Below, piece by piece: positions 12,797 to 25,700 of a stretch of DNA of 64,000 nucleotides. Numbering within the stretch: position 1 is the first letter of the stretch; the number at the start of each line of letters is the position of its first letter. The stretch spans positions 147,258-211,257 of the forward strand of contig NW_004797483.1 in the NCBI RefSeq assembly GCF_000002075.1, in the 5' to 3' direction. Below the pieces are notes generated by a model. That model was not told where the DNA came from and made no database searches. It saw only the letters and a program-made list of their open reading frames with translations. The DNA comes from Aplysia californica. Its lineage: Eukaryota. A program made the position numbers and the translations under genes.

Positions 12797-14059
12797 AGCA
12801 GCAGTAAAAAAAATGGCAGCTTATAGTAGCAATAGCTGTAGAACTGTATGTGGCAGCAGCAGTCCCACTGAAGCAAGAGTATATTGCATGCGTGCAACAG
12901 CAGCAGTATTAGCAACAACATCAATTATTGGAGAATATAAAATGCCATGATCAACTAGTTTGGGACATGTTCGCTTATTCAGTGTCTGCGGGTAGCAAAT
13001 GGCTCACTGGTAATACTCGCAAATGAACAGACAAATACAGAACTGTCCACTCATGCATATTTGTTCAGTTTGCTGCACCCTTGGTGCAGAGACAGCCATT
13101 CCTTAATTTAGTGAGTGGGCGGATGGGCAGGCGAGGAGACATCATTGTATTGCATACAACTACCACTATACTATGTTCTACGTTATGTACTAGCCTATAT
13201 TATATTTAGAGAGATACGTTCACGTACGTATAACATGGCATGTAATCCACTATGCCCACCCACCCACCAAATCATTCCCTCCCATCTCCAACTCACCCCT
13301 ACATACTACATTCTCATCAAAGTTGAAGTACACAGCAGCTGAGTGCTGCTCGTGGCGGTTTTTTTCCCCCAAGGCCTTTGGGGACTAACAAAAAAAAATT
13401 CGACCTCGCTACAAATTACAATAGGCCTACACACAGTGTGGCCCACACATGCACTCATGCAGTGAAAGGTAACATGCGGTCATAAGCCCTGCATCTTACA
13501 ATGCTGCATCACAAGCCTCTCACCCTCCCCCCTCTCCCACAGCATAGATTGTGATTTGAAACAATAAGCGATATGCTTTAACCTGTGGTCGAGTATCTTG
13601 TCTGCTAGAGTTTGTTCGCCCGCACGCCCGCCCGCTGAGTGAATAAAATTGAGCAATGGCCCCCATAAATGGAATGTCTTAAGGTTTACAGTCTGTCCAC
13701 AAGGCCGTCTGCTACTGGCTCACTATGACTGTATCCTCGAGTAATGAACCCTTTTGTCCGTTTGCCCTAACACAAGAATCAACATAACTCTCCTGTAGAT
13801 CTATTTTCGATTCCGGGAAATAAAAAAAAAAAAAACGTATTATTATAATTGTCTCTNNNNNNNNNNNNNNNNNNNNNNNNNNNNNNNNNNNNNNNNNNNN
13901 NNNNNNNNNNNNNNNNNNNNNNNNNNNNNNNNNNNNNNNNNNNNNNNNNNNNNNNNNNNNNNNNNNNNNNNNNNNNNNNNNNNNAGTATCTCAAGGTATA
14001 CAATCTAGGCTGTTGGAGAATAAGTCTATGGATTAAGGTCATAATAAGTTCATGACATG

Positions 14060-14275
14060 AAAGGCGGAACTACCCGGCATCACGCGATATCTTGTGTCAA
14101 CTATTGTTTATTTGTTTTTATGAGCACTGTTCTTTGACAGGCATTCTTTAATATAAATTGCTTTTAAGACAGTTATTTAATTAAAATATACCTCTGAAGA
14201 TAAATACAAGTATTTAATTCATTTACCCACAAACCTAGAGCGAAAATGGCAGCCTCCATGTCGTCTTCCGCATAA
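14060..14275 (+). promoter_or_regulatory. Probable CCDC91 promoter/TSS region with YY1-like AAAATGGCAGCC
   Basis: CpG-containing segment (ggcggaactacccggcatcacgcgata) with AAAATGGC at 14243-14250, about 190 bp before the predicted ATG at 14438. Confidence 0.45.
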
Positions 14276-14437
14276 ACAAGGAACTTCCCCCGAAAGTGAC
14301 TGAGATACAAACACTTTTATCTCAAATATTTATTTTGTGTACTAGTAGATCTAAATATCTTTTGTGGAAAGTTTGGAGGAGAATGTTTTGATATTTGTAT
14401 TGAACTAATTTGTAAGCAGAGTTGCTTGATAACAGCC

Positions 14438-17400
14438 ATGAACCAAGGCCAAGAAGTTGAGGTAGGCCTCTCTAGTCTCTAGTCTCTATGAGTATGACTA
14501 TGACATGATGTTTATGTTCATGCTTGCTTGAGAGGAGGCGGAGGCAGTAGAAACGTTGAAGGAAGAAGTTGTCGAAGTTGAGTAGATTGAGAATAAGATT
14601 CAGGTATTTCTTTTGAGTTGATGAGTAATATCGATACTGACTTAAAATACCCCGCTCAATGTTTTTTATCCGAAAGTGAAAGAGAACGAGAGATGCACTG
14701 CTACTTTTTACTTTTTCAGTAGGCCTACAAAATTAAAATGAGCAATTGCAGCTAGATCTAGATCTATATTATTTCACTTGTTTTTAACAAGGGGGCTTTT
14801 AGGTGTGCCCTGATCTAATTAAATTATGGGAGGTTAATCCATTTTGATGTTAAATTACACAATACTAATACAGATAGGTTTGAATATCTCTTGCTAGTCA
14901 CTGAGCGTCAAACATCATTTAATAGTATTATATCGGCATTGGTACGTGCGTCGAAAAGTTATCGTTTAGAAGTAATCGTCCAAGAAGCCAAAACCCACGC
15001 TCCATAGTTATCGTTTGGGCCAAACCGAGATTATCTCAATATAAGGTCCTTGAAGAAGTTAGCCTATATAGAATCTATTTGATGAGGTTAACTTTAATTT
15101 TTTTTTTTCTTCTAAGCAGAATCCTGTGCACTCCTGTACAATTGCGGTCCTGTTAGATTTAGCACTAAATCACACAAACAAAGACTGCTGGATATCGATA
15201 CTGATTTTAATATTCGGTATCGATGGTTTATAAGTAGATCTAGCCTACAAAATGGATAGTAAAATTTCACTTGTATTTAACAAGGCAAGGGGGGGTTTCA
15301 GGGAGGCTTGCCCCCGTGACCACCTAACAAAAACATGGGTGGTTGCCCCCCTGAATTTTATCATAATTTGATGTTTTGCAATTAGGTTTGATTGGCTATC
15401 TCTCCATAGGCCTATTGGCATGTGCATCAAAAAGTATTCGTTTAGAACCAGAAGAAATCGTTGGTGGGTCAAAACGAGTCCCTAAACGGGACCGCAATTG
15501 TACAGGAGTGCCGAATCCTGTACATACTCTCAAGACTCAAGAGAGCTCATACTAGATCTTGTCATACATTCTCAATACTCTATATATTTGAGGTATTTTG
15601 GTGAGATCAGGCGCTCTTCAAAATAATGAAATTGGAGAAATCTGATCTCTGCATTTTTTGGCCAGTTTGAAATCTTTATTCGAATTTTGTTTTTTGCCTC
15701 AACACTTTGCATGTCCATTTAAAAATGCTTTTACGTGTGGAATTTATGGAAAACGTTGATTAAAGTCACAAAAAATGTAAATTTGCTATTTGCTAGGACT
15801 GTAATGCATGGAAGTCACATTTATACTTTGATGGCCATTTTCTCGCTAATTTTACTTTTGGAACCAGGTGACCCCTCCACCTCCTTCAATCGCAATTATA
15901 TCTCTAAACTTCTATTCAAGATAAGTATATTTTTAAAAAATCGAAAGCAAGGCAGATGAATAACCTTTAAGATGGATACCAATAACTTCATAACGCCCAA
16001 AATTTGACAAGCGCCTGATTCCACTGCGTCGTGACACATCAATAATTATAACTTAAATTATAGGCCTCTACTACTCATTTGGCATCTTATTATAATTCAT
16101 TTTTTGATTGGGGGCTCTCGTGGCCTAGAGGTTAAGGTGTTGGCCTCTCATTCAAAAGGTCCCGGGTTTGAATCCGGGTAGCGACCGAAACATTTTCTCT
16201 CTAAAATTGTCTCCTTTCACCTTCTTTCCTGCTCTCTAGCAATGTTCTGTTGTCTGCTTTCATTTCCACTTTCTGCCCCCACCCCCTCACCTCCTTTGCC
16301 CCCTCCTCTGGGCTCCTGACTCGTTCTGCAGCCTTTCTACTGCTACTCCTTGGCTCCTCCTTACTGCTGTCTTTCTGCCACACCCCTGGTCTTCTGGTAG
16401 GAAAGATCTACACCTAGCCTTCTCGGACAAGGGCGAAAAATCTCAGAGGGCCCGTGTGCAAGTTGCGCACGTTAAAGATCCCTTGGTGTTCTAAAATCGT
16501 TAAGAGTAGGCTTCGGTCGCCACCCAGGCAAAATTCAAAATTTCCTACCAACTGAAAATATTAGGTGTGTCCCGCGCGCTCATATGACTTTATGCAGTTG
16601 CGAGCGCCGTAAAACACTTTACAAAAACAAACAAACAAAATTTTTTAATTATCATCAGCAGGCTTATCCTATATTATGGATTATTTAGTGCTCAGGTGTC
16701 TTAATGTATCAGAAATGGTCTTGACTTAAAACATTTTTGTCACACTTTTTTTACTTTATCTTTATCATATCTGTATCATATCATTATCAGCAGTTAACGA
16801 CTTTATGAGGTAAATTTTTGCTTTCAATCTCGCAGGCAGATACACTGACTGCTTTTGGGAATCTAGCTGTATTTTTTTTTGCTGCAGATCACTTTCATGG
16901 CCATGGCTATTAAAACTGTTGAAAATCAATTTTTCAAGAAAATTTCAAACCTTCTCAATATTTGTTAGAAATCAAGTTATCAAGAGTAAAATCAGGGAGA
17001 GGCATGCGCCCCCTTGACCTTGTTACCCCCCAGATTTTTTCAGGGGTGCATACCACCCTGAAAACCCGCAGATTTGTCCAAGACGTGGAAATTACTTAAA
17101 TGGTTTAGTGTAATATAGTTAAGAATAAAAACCATGAAATTGAAATATTTATATTTATATTATAAAAAACTGACAATTTTTTATGGATGTTTTTAATAAT
17201 ATATATAAAGTAAATGCTGGTGTAAAATAGTTAAAAATGAAAAGAAAAGAGAAAGTGCTATACAATAGCTTAGCATGTGATGGAAGTGAAAGTAAAATAG
17301 TACCGTTAATGACACTAGTCTTGAGTTAATGTCCCTTTTTTAGTCAGACCTGGAATATTGACCTCTATGTCTTGATTTTTATTTAATATCTATCTGAGCT

Positions 17401-20400
17401 GAACTATTGCTGAAAGAGCCAATTTTTTTTTTACCAAAGAAACCTGGGTGTTCTGAGCGCCAGTCTCAATCAGTTATAATGTATTTTATATATATATCAT
17501 ATATATGTCAGTCATTTTATTGGAAAATTCATTTTGATCTGCCCTATTACAACTGCAGTACAAATTTAGTAACCTTAACTTCATGTTGTATGGCATGGAG
17601 GCCTCATAACTGTTTACAATCTAGAGTCATAATAAGGCTGGTTATTTGTTTAGACCTCTTGAATCATATAGAGGGGGCCTACTTCTCGACTATGAAAAAG
17701 TAAACGCCCATTTACTGGCTCAGGGCCTCAAATCTTCATCTTCCTTTTTTTTCTTTTTTCCTCTGCCTGCCTCTGTCAAAAAGTACTGGCTTGTAATAAG
17801 ATAGCATAATTGGAATGAAAGCAAGCCAGGGGCTTTGTTGAAATGAACGCAAACCAGTCTGTGATTATTTGTTCCTAGTTCTCTGTTTAATTACTTGGGA
17901 AAAATATTAAATTATAACAATGTGTGACACATTTAAAATGTATCCTTCATTAAAAATACAGTGCTTGACAACACTGTTGAAATCTAACCATGAACAGAGT
18001 AGATAATAATAATAAATGCATTTCTTAAATATAGAGCAAATCCGTGCTGTGCAGCATGCTCCACGATCTTGTGGAATTTCTCCAATTTATATCTAAAGAC
18101 TGGACATGCTCTGACCTTTGATATCAATTTTTTTTAAATGGGTTAAAGTGGAGATAAAGAGTTCTGCAACTCTGTATGGGTTACCGGACTTCAGTGGTCG
18201 GTATGTTTCTGGAAGACTCTCACATTGGTTTGCTATCTAATTAGGATACTGGCAAATATAATGTTTTATTAATTAGACTACATATATATATATAGATCAG
18301 ATTTGTAGGCATTCTTAAGATCATGGCTCCAAACACATCAATTAGTTGTTTCAAAATGAAAAATCTGAAACCAAAACAGAATAACAAGGATGACCCATTC
18401 CTTTAAGTTAACTTAGTACTTACCTGCATTCCTAGTTTAACCTTAGTTACATGACGGGATTTGGAGATCTATTCATTGATAAAATATAGCTCATCAGTAC
18501 AGGGCATTTAGGTGTTAACAAGCTATCATTGCTAGCATTAGCCTTTTAGAAACACATGGCTTCTCATTATGTGTTTCTGGCGCTTTTTATTGGTAAGCAT
18601 GATGAGTGACAATGAGCCAACTCGACCATTTCAGATCAGGCAGAAACAGTAGAAATTCTAGAAGGGGCTGATGGTTTTGATGACAGAATAAGTTAAGAGA
18701 CTATTTCTTTCTGCGGCATTGGTTCCATCCAAATACTGACAAGTGATCATGTTCATACAGACAATGATTTTTGTTCGTTTGTTTTGCGTTGTGCAGCATG
18801 TCAATGTCATGTTGCCTCCCAGTCTTTATTGCTAGTAAATGTTTCTTGTCATGTTTTATCTTATAAGCACTTATTCTCTTCTTTTTTCCCTAGAATGAAG
18901 AAGATGATGACTTTGGAGACTTTGGTGGCTTTGAGGTACATGGTAACATTTTTCTTTTGACTCTGAATAGTCTGTGTATCATTAGGTGTGCTGACAAAAT
19001 GAGTTGCTTCTCGCAATCAACGAATGGAAATATCGGCCGGAAATTGTCACAGGCTGAAATTTGTTAATTTTCAACTGATGCCATTTTCTTCTAGTGTAAC
19101 GTGTCTGTTATCATTTTATTTTAAGGAGTCTTACAAACTCTACTTATAAAATCGATGTATCTGTGTCCACAAGGCTCAAATCCGAGAAGTAACTCATTTT
19201 CATTTTTTTGTCAGCACACCTCACAGCAGTTGTTGGCAAATGTTATTTTTAGTTGTTAGCAACAACAAAAAAAAGTGTTCTCAAAAAGACAACAATATGC
19301 AATACTCAATAGTGTCTTTCAGAATTGTCATATTCTGGCCATTCCTTATTTAGTTAATTAAATAGAGTTAACTGCTTCAGTGTACCGTCGAACCTGCTCT
19401 AACGGTCACCTGCCCAAGACAATCACCTGTACAAACAACCTATTTGCACTTATTTCTCCTCTTGTGTTTTATGATATATTATATTGTCACTGTCCAAGAC
19501 ATTCACCTGTCTAAGACAGCCACTTTTCTCTTCGACATTGGGTGGCTGTCTTGGACACTTTCTATTGTATATATTAATTGAGACATTCCATCCTCAGGGG
19601 GCGGAGCCTGTGCCAGATCTACCAGTGCCTCAGGCCCAGGCGGCCGCGTCTCCCTGGGCTGTGCTCACCACAGGTGCAATGATAGGGAACTTTTTGATTT
19701 ACTGAAATTATACTGTCACTGTTTTACTTGTACTTAAAATAAAAAAAAGATACTAAAGTTTGAAAAATCATTGCAGTTCTCAATAGTTTTAGTGATAAGT
19801 TATATACCTAAGGTGTGGTATTGAGTATGCCTGGGATATTTATGTGGATATAATTTTTTAATCTTGGTAAATGAGAAAGATTATGAATTGCATTTAAATT
19901 GGATGATCTTTGTTTAACAGTTGTCAGGACGCAGCAAAGATATGAATATATCAAATAATAAAGGCATGAAAGGTGCTTTTTTTAAAATACATTGTTTCCT
20001 TAAGTTGGGGCTGGTTGTAAAAAAAAGATGTCCCATAGATTTTTTTAAAAAAGAGGCATGATCTACCAAGTAAGAACATAGAATTTCATGTCCCTACTTG
20101 TTACTCTTTTCTCATTGTTATCTCCCTTGTGTTAGGCTCAGCTTCGGGCCGACCAGACTTACTGTGTGCACAGAACAGATTCCCCACTTACCTGGACCCT
20201 TCAGATATTTCCAACGCATCAGGGGGCTCGGCCGATGTGAATCTGAACAACCGTGCTGAGGCGGCCCCTCCACAAGCGCCGGTTGACTTGTTCAATGCTG
20301 ACTTCCCGCAGGTAGGAGGCTAATTTTTAAACAGATGGGCTGATTTTTCAGATGAATCCGGATTTCTGAAATTGTGTGGATTTTGTTAAAAAAAACCTCC

Positions 20401-20733
20401 CTCTTATACTTTTATTTAAATATTTCTATCTCTTTTTGTTTGGCATATTGCACTTTATATAAAATTAAAAAAAATTTTTTTACTAGATGCATTAGACAAT
20501 AACATGATTCCAGTGCGCACATTTCAATGGGTGTCGAAAGTTCAAGATATTTTTTTTGTAGCTGGTAGACACCACTGCTTAAATAGTCTCACTATTTTTG
20601 TGTGAACTCTCATCAGACGCACCTTTGGTAGACAGGGATTTAAGAATACCACTGGTGGGTAAGCCTTGCCCTTTACAAAAGGTTTCATCAATTGAGAAAC
20701 CCTCTTGGAGCCATTCTCTCAGTGATATGCTTA

Positions 20734-20769
<36 letters not shown>

Positions 20770-22694
20770 TGAAATGCCAAACCAATGAATCATTGTCTGG
20801 ACAATAAAGTTCAAAGTTATCTATCTTATTTTACTTCTCAGTATTTTTCACACAGGGTTGATAATGAACAGCTTGAGGCACATTATCTAATTGTCTCTCG
20901 GAATGACCAAAATGACCATTATTTTGTCCACATGGAGAACTCAACTCAATTCTGGTTTCTGAATATTTATCTTCAGTTATACTGAATTTTTCTGTCACTA
21001 TCCTGTCACCAAGTTACAAATTATTTTGATCATAAAGTTATACCAGAGTGACAATTTGTCACAACTAAAACTGCTTTGTTAACTCATCAAGAAAGTCCGA
21101 ACTTTGTGTATTTCAAAGTATAACTGGTAGTCATGTATCTTTTGGAATACATTCAAATAGGTTTCTGAAATTTTGTTGGAAGTATAAAGCCTCTGTTTTG
21201 TGCTCCATCCAACAGAATGCTAACCATGTAAACCAAGCCCGCATCGCAGAAAATGTTTTAGATGGAACGCTAAATGTGACAGCTGGTGCCAACTTGGTTC
21301 CTGCGCCTGGTCAGGTGAACGGACGACTTCCTGACATTGGCTTGGGCATCAACGAGAATCGCCTGTTTGGCCAGGCACCTCCTGCAGCGAGTCCTGGCCA
21401 CCCCGATGCTCTGCCGATCAACGACCAGCCTCCGCTCAATCTGCCCGGAGAGGAAGTGCCGGCAGCAGCGAGGGTGCCAGTGGTGGCTCCCCCTCCAGCA
21501 CAAGACGGGGCAGAAGAGGAAAACGTCGCGAATCGCCCGAGAGAGCCAGAAGTAGAGGCAGCCCCTGCGGAAGAGGCCGGTGATGGTCAGAATGCTCAAC
21601 AAAACGCTGCGGAGAAGAGTGCCTTGCAGGAGGTGAATAAGTTTTATGTGCTTTTTTTTTTTCGTTTTAACACTTTGTAGTCACCTGGCGCAATAATGCG
21701 CCGCTGAAAATTATCTGTTCCGGTCACTTGACCGCCAGGCTCGAGAAGTCTGTTGCAGTCACACTCCTGGCTGGGTGACCAGATGAAGTAGGCTATTTTG
21801 TAGTGCTGGCTGTGCGACTGCAAAGTGTTAAGCATGCAGTCTTTCCATCTGGACTTTTAAGAGAGTAGATAAAATATGTGAGGCATCGTGGTGAAATCAG
21901 GCGCTCGTCAAAATAGTGAAATCAAAGAAATTGGCCTTTTTCTGACCGCTGGGTAATTTTTTCTAATTTTCTTTTTCTGGCTCAGCTCCTTTTATATCCA
22001 TTTAAAAACACATTTGTGGGTGAAATTTACTGAAAAGCATCGATTAAAGGCACAAATAATGTCAATTTTCAGTTTCCAAGGACTCTCAAGTTATGGAAAT
22101 TGCCAAATTTTGGCGGCCATTTTCTCACTAATTTCACCTCTGAAACCCAGCGACCCTGACCTTCTTCAATCGCAAATATTTCAACTTTTATTCAACATAG
22201 ATGGATATTTTTTTCACCCAAAGCAAAGCAAATGAACAGGCTTTAAGATGATACCAATAACCCCATATGTCCAAAAATTGACAAGTGCCTGATTCCACCA
22301 CATCACGACACATACATATAATATATCTATCTTTATGTTGTGGAGGATGTCTGTGATGGTCAGAGTGCTCAACAAAATGCTGTGTAGAAGAGAGCTTTGC
22401 AGGAGGCGAATAAGTTTTATGTGTTTTTTTGGTTCTTTTTTAGCATGCACCCTTTCTATCTGGATTTTTTTTTAGAGAGTAGATATATAGCTACCCAATC
22501 TCTTTGTCACTACCTGTCTTTTCTGCCTCACTCTCTACTTTTTGCTCTCTCTTTCTCTACCTTTTGTTTCTTTTTCCTTTCAACTTTTCCTTCGAAGCTC
22601 ACTGTTTTTACCCCGCCCCCACTCTCTATCTCTCTCTGAGCTCTCTCTCTCTCTGAGCTCTCTCTCTGAGCTCTCTCTCTGAGCTCTCTCTCTG

Positions 22695-22769
<75 letters not shown>

Positions 22770-25700
22770 CCCTCCCCCCCCCCCTCCCCCCCCCCCACCC
22801 TTCCGGAACATGTTTTGCTCAGTTTCTCTTGTTCTCCCGTTAATTCTTCCATTCTCTTCCTCCCTGTGTCTTTGAGACGTACAAACATCCTGTATCTTTC
22901 CTTCCGTTCTTTCATTTGTCAGCAAATAAATTCTTTACTGGAGCGGAATCAAGCGCTAGAAGAGGAACTAAGACGCTCTCAGGAGGAACTGGCCTCACGT
23001 CAGTCTCGGCTGCAAGAAATGCAGGTAAAATCTGGCACTTTTTAATTTAATATGCGTAAGGACTTTCAGTAAAAAGCAAAATGCTTTGAAACTGTGGAAG
23101 GTTGTCATACGGTTATGACTTAAAAGGGTTTTAAGAATTGTGTGAAGGGTTTCCTAAGCTAGTGTGCATTTGGTGTTTTTGAGTTCTTTTTCATTTCTCG
23201 ATACATTTACAGTAAAGTTAATGTCTGCATTATTTCATNNNNNNNNNNNNNNNNNNNNNNNNNNNNNNNNNNNNNNNNNNNNNNNNNNNNNNNNNNNNNN
23301 NNNNNNNNNNNNNNNNNNNNNNNNNNNNNNNNNNNNNNNNNNNNNNNNNNNNNNNNNNNNNNNNNNNNNNNNNNNNNNNNNNNNNNNNNNNNNNNNNNNN
23401 NNNATCTTGCCTATGAAGGTGTTTGCTGTTAGCTGTAATGAATTTTTAAAATGTCATTCCGACCATCTTATACTCTCTTATCCTCAGGCTCGTCACGAGG
23501 GGGCACTAGCAGACATGCGTAGTGCTGGGAGTGAGGCTGTGGCAGTGGTGGTGGAGCAGTACAAGGTGAAACTGTTTGTGCAGCGAACATTGTTGTCTTT
23601 TGTGGGTTATTTGTGGAGGCAGTAACTTCCTGCACTTTAGTTCTTCTTTTTTCTTTGGGCATGGATATTTGGAGGGAGTTGGCCCTACTTCTGTTCTGCA
23701 GGAAAGAACAGAAGAACGTTCAACCAGATGTGCACTGGCACAATCAGTGGAAAGACCCTTGGTGACACTTTGGAGAGATCAACGGAGCATCAATGGATAT
23801 GTCCGGAATGCAGGGATGTTGCTTCCTGAAACATTGAACTTCTTTTCTGTTTCTGTGTTACTTCTGTGTGAATGACTGTTCTCATGTAGATGTCCTATGC
23901 TTTGCATACACAAGAAAATAAAACAAAGAAATTTCATATCTGCTGAAGATGGATGATGGTTGGTTTGTTAAATTGGGTCTGTTCTTGCTACTTCTTGTTG
24001 GAGGCACTGAACCCCGCATTTGCTACAGTGGAACTCGGGATTCAACGAGGTCGCCGGGCCTGACCTAAAATCTCGTTGTAAACGAGTGTTCGTTATAGCA
24101 AACATGAGGTTTTGTGTAGATAATTACAGGCACTGAGCAAGTAATATATAAAGAGAAGTCACGAATAGTGTCTGAAATGCCCGCATAATATGAGCTGTGT
24201 AAAAGAAAAAGACCGATTCGTTCAAATGCATTCCTATGTCATCTCAATCGTTTACCACAAAGTTGTGTTGCTGTGTAGATCCTAACATAACGGCAACTTT
24301 TGATTTCATAGACAAGCGCACAATTCATTACGAAGATCTACGTCAGGACTAGTTTATCATTGTAATAATGATCAGTTGCCGAGGGGAAAAAAAGACTGTG
24401 ACGCGTTTGTATCTGCGACGTTCAACGCCCGGATCGCTAGTGTGCCCCCCTCCCTCCCCGACACACACACACACAGTCACATGTGTGCAGGCCGCCCATC
24501 CAACTCCGACACACGCCAGAGTAGATGCGTGCGCCAGCCAACAACGCATGTGTTGGTATGAAAAAAAGGGCCGCTGATTGGTCGCATGCAATCGGGTAAG
24601 TGAATAGATCTAATGGTTCACGATGCAGTTGCAATGGATGGTTTCCGGGAATTGATAAAGTTCGTTCTGGGAGAAAAATGAGCGAAGCCAGGTCTGCGGG
24701 GGCTGTTCACCCTGGAAGCGACCTCGTTGAATCCGAGCTCAATGATTTAAGTGCTCGTTGAATCCGGGTTATTTTGATTGATTTTAAAGAAGAAAAAAAA
24801 CGGGGAATCTATCTCATCTCGTTGAATCCGAGTTCTCGTTGAATCCGAGCTCGTTAAATCCGAGTTCCACTGTATTAGAGTGGGGGAAACGGAACAGACA
24901 CACACACACATGCCCGCATGCGCACTCGTACACACACACACATATGCATGCACACACACTCACACACACACGCACGCACATGCGTGCATGTGTCTTGACC
25001 TCCACTGAACTCTTGAGACTAACTTGCCAAACTCCTGGGGCTTGATTGAACCTAGTCCTTGTTTTCAAGAATCACTGTTCTCAACAAATAGTGGCTGATT
25101 TCTTTTTGAGTACTCAGAGTACCTAGATCTATATATTATTACTCAATAGCATTTTCTTTGTATCGGCCTCTATTTTTTTTTTCTGCCTTTTGTTCTCACG
25201 TTTTGGATGCACTATTAGTTCAGTTAGACTATTAATTATAAGGTACCCGGATTCGAATAATTAACATTCCCGGGTCAGAACATTTTTTGAGGAGTTCTCA
25301 ATACTCTCTACCCAACTGGCTCAGTCCTATCAGAGATTGACATAAATTAAGCGGAACGTCCTTCCACTTATTTAAGAGTGTTGAAAAGGACATTATTCCT
25401 TACATTATTATTCTTGATTTTTTATGGGTGTTTTTTAAAATAAAAATTAAACATTTAAAAAAATGTTGATCAAGTGGTTGGAGAGTGCCATTGGTAGGTC
25501 CCTTTTCTTTCTTTCCCATTGTTGTTCCCACATGTAGGTCTTACTTTTCCCAAATGCTTAGTGACCATTATTGCTGCAATGTCGTTCTCTTTTCTGAAAC
25601 GAACAAACAATACTTTTCTGTTTGTCTATCACTGCTGGTGAACAGGAGCAGTCGCAGGTGCTGATCGCTGAGCAACAGGAAGTGGCACAGCGCCACCTGG

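Noticed and set aside
16110-16190. tRNA gene
   Set aside because: It is the head of SINE family B, which has a second dispersed copy.
24715-24870. CRISPR-like spaced repeats (ctcgttgaatccg)
   Set aside because: They are subterminal repeats of a Tigger-like MITE in a eukaryotic intron, with irregular spacing and no cas genes.
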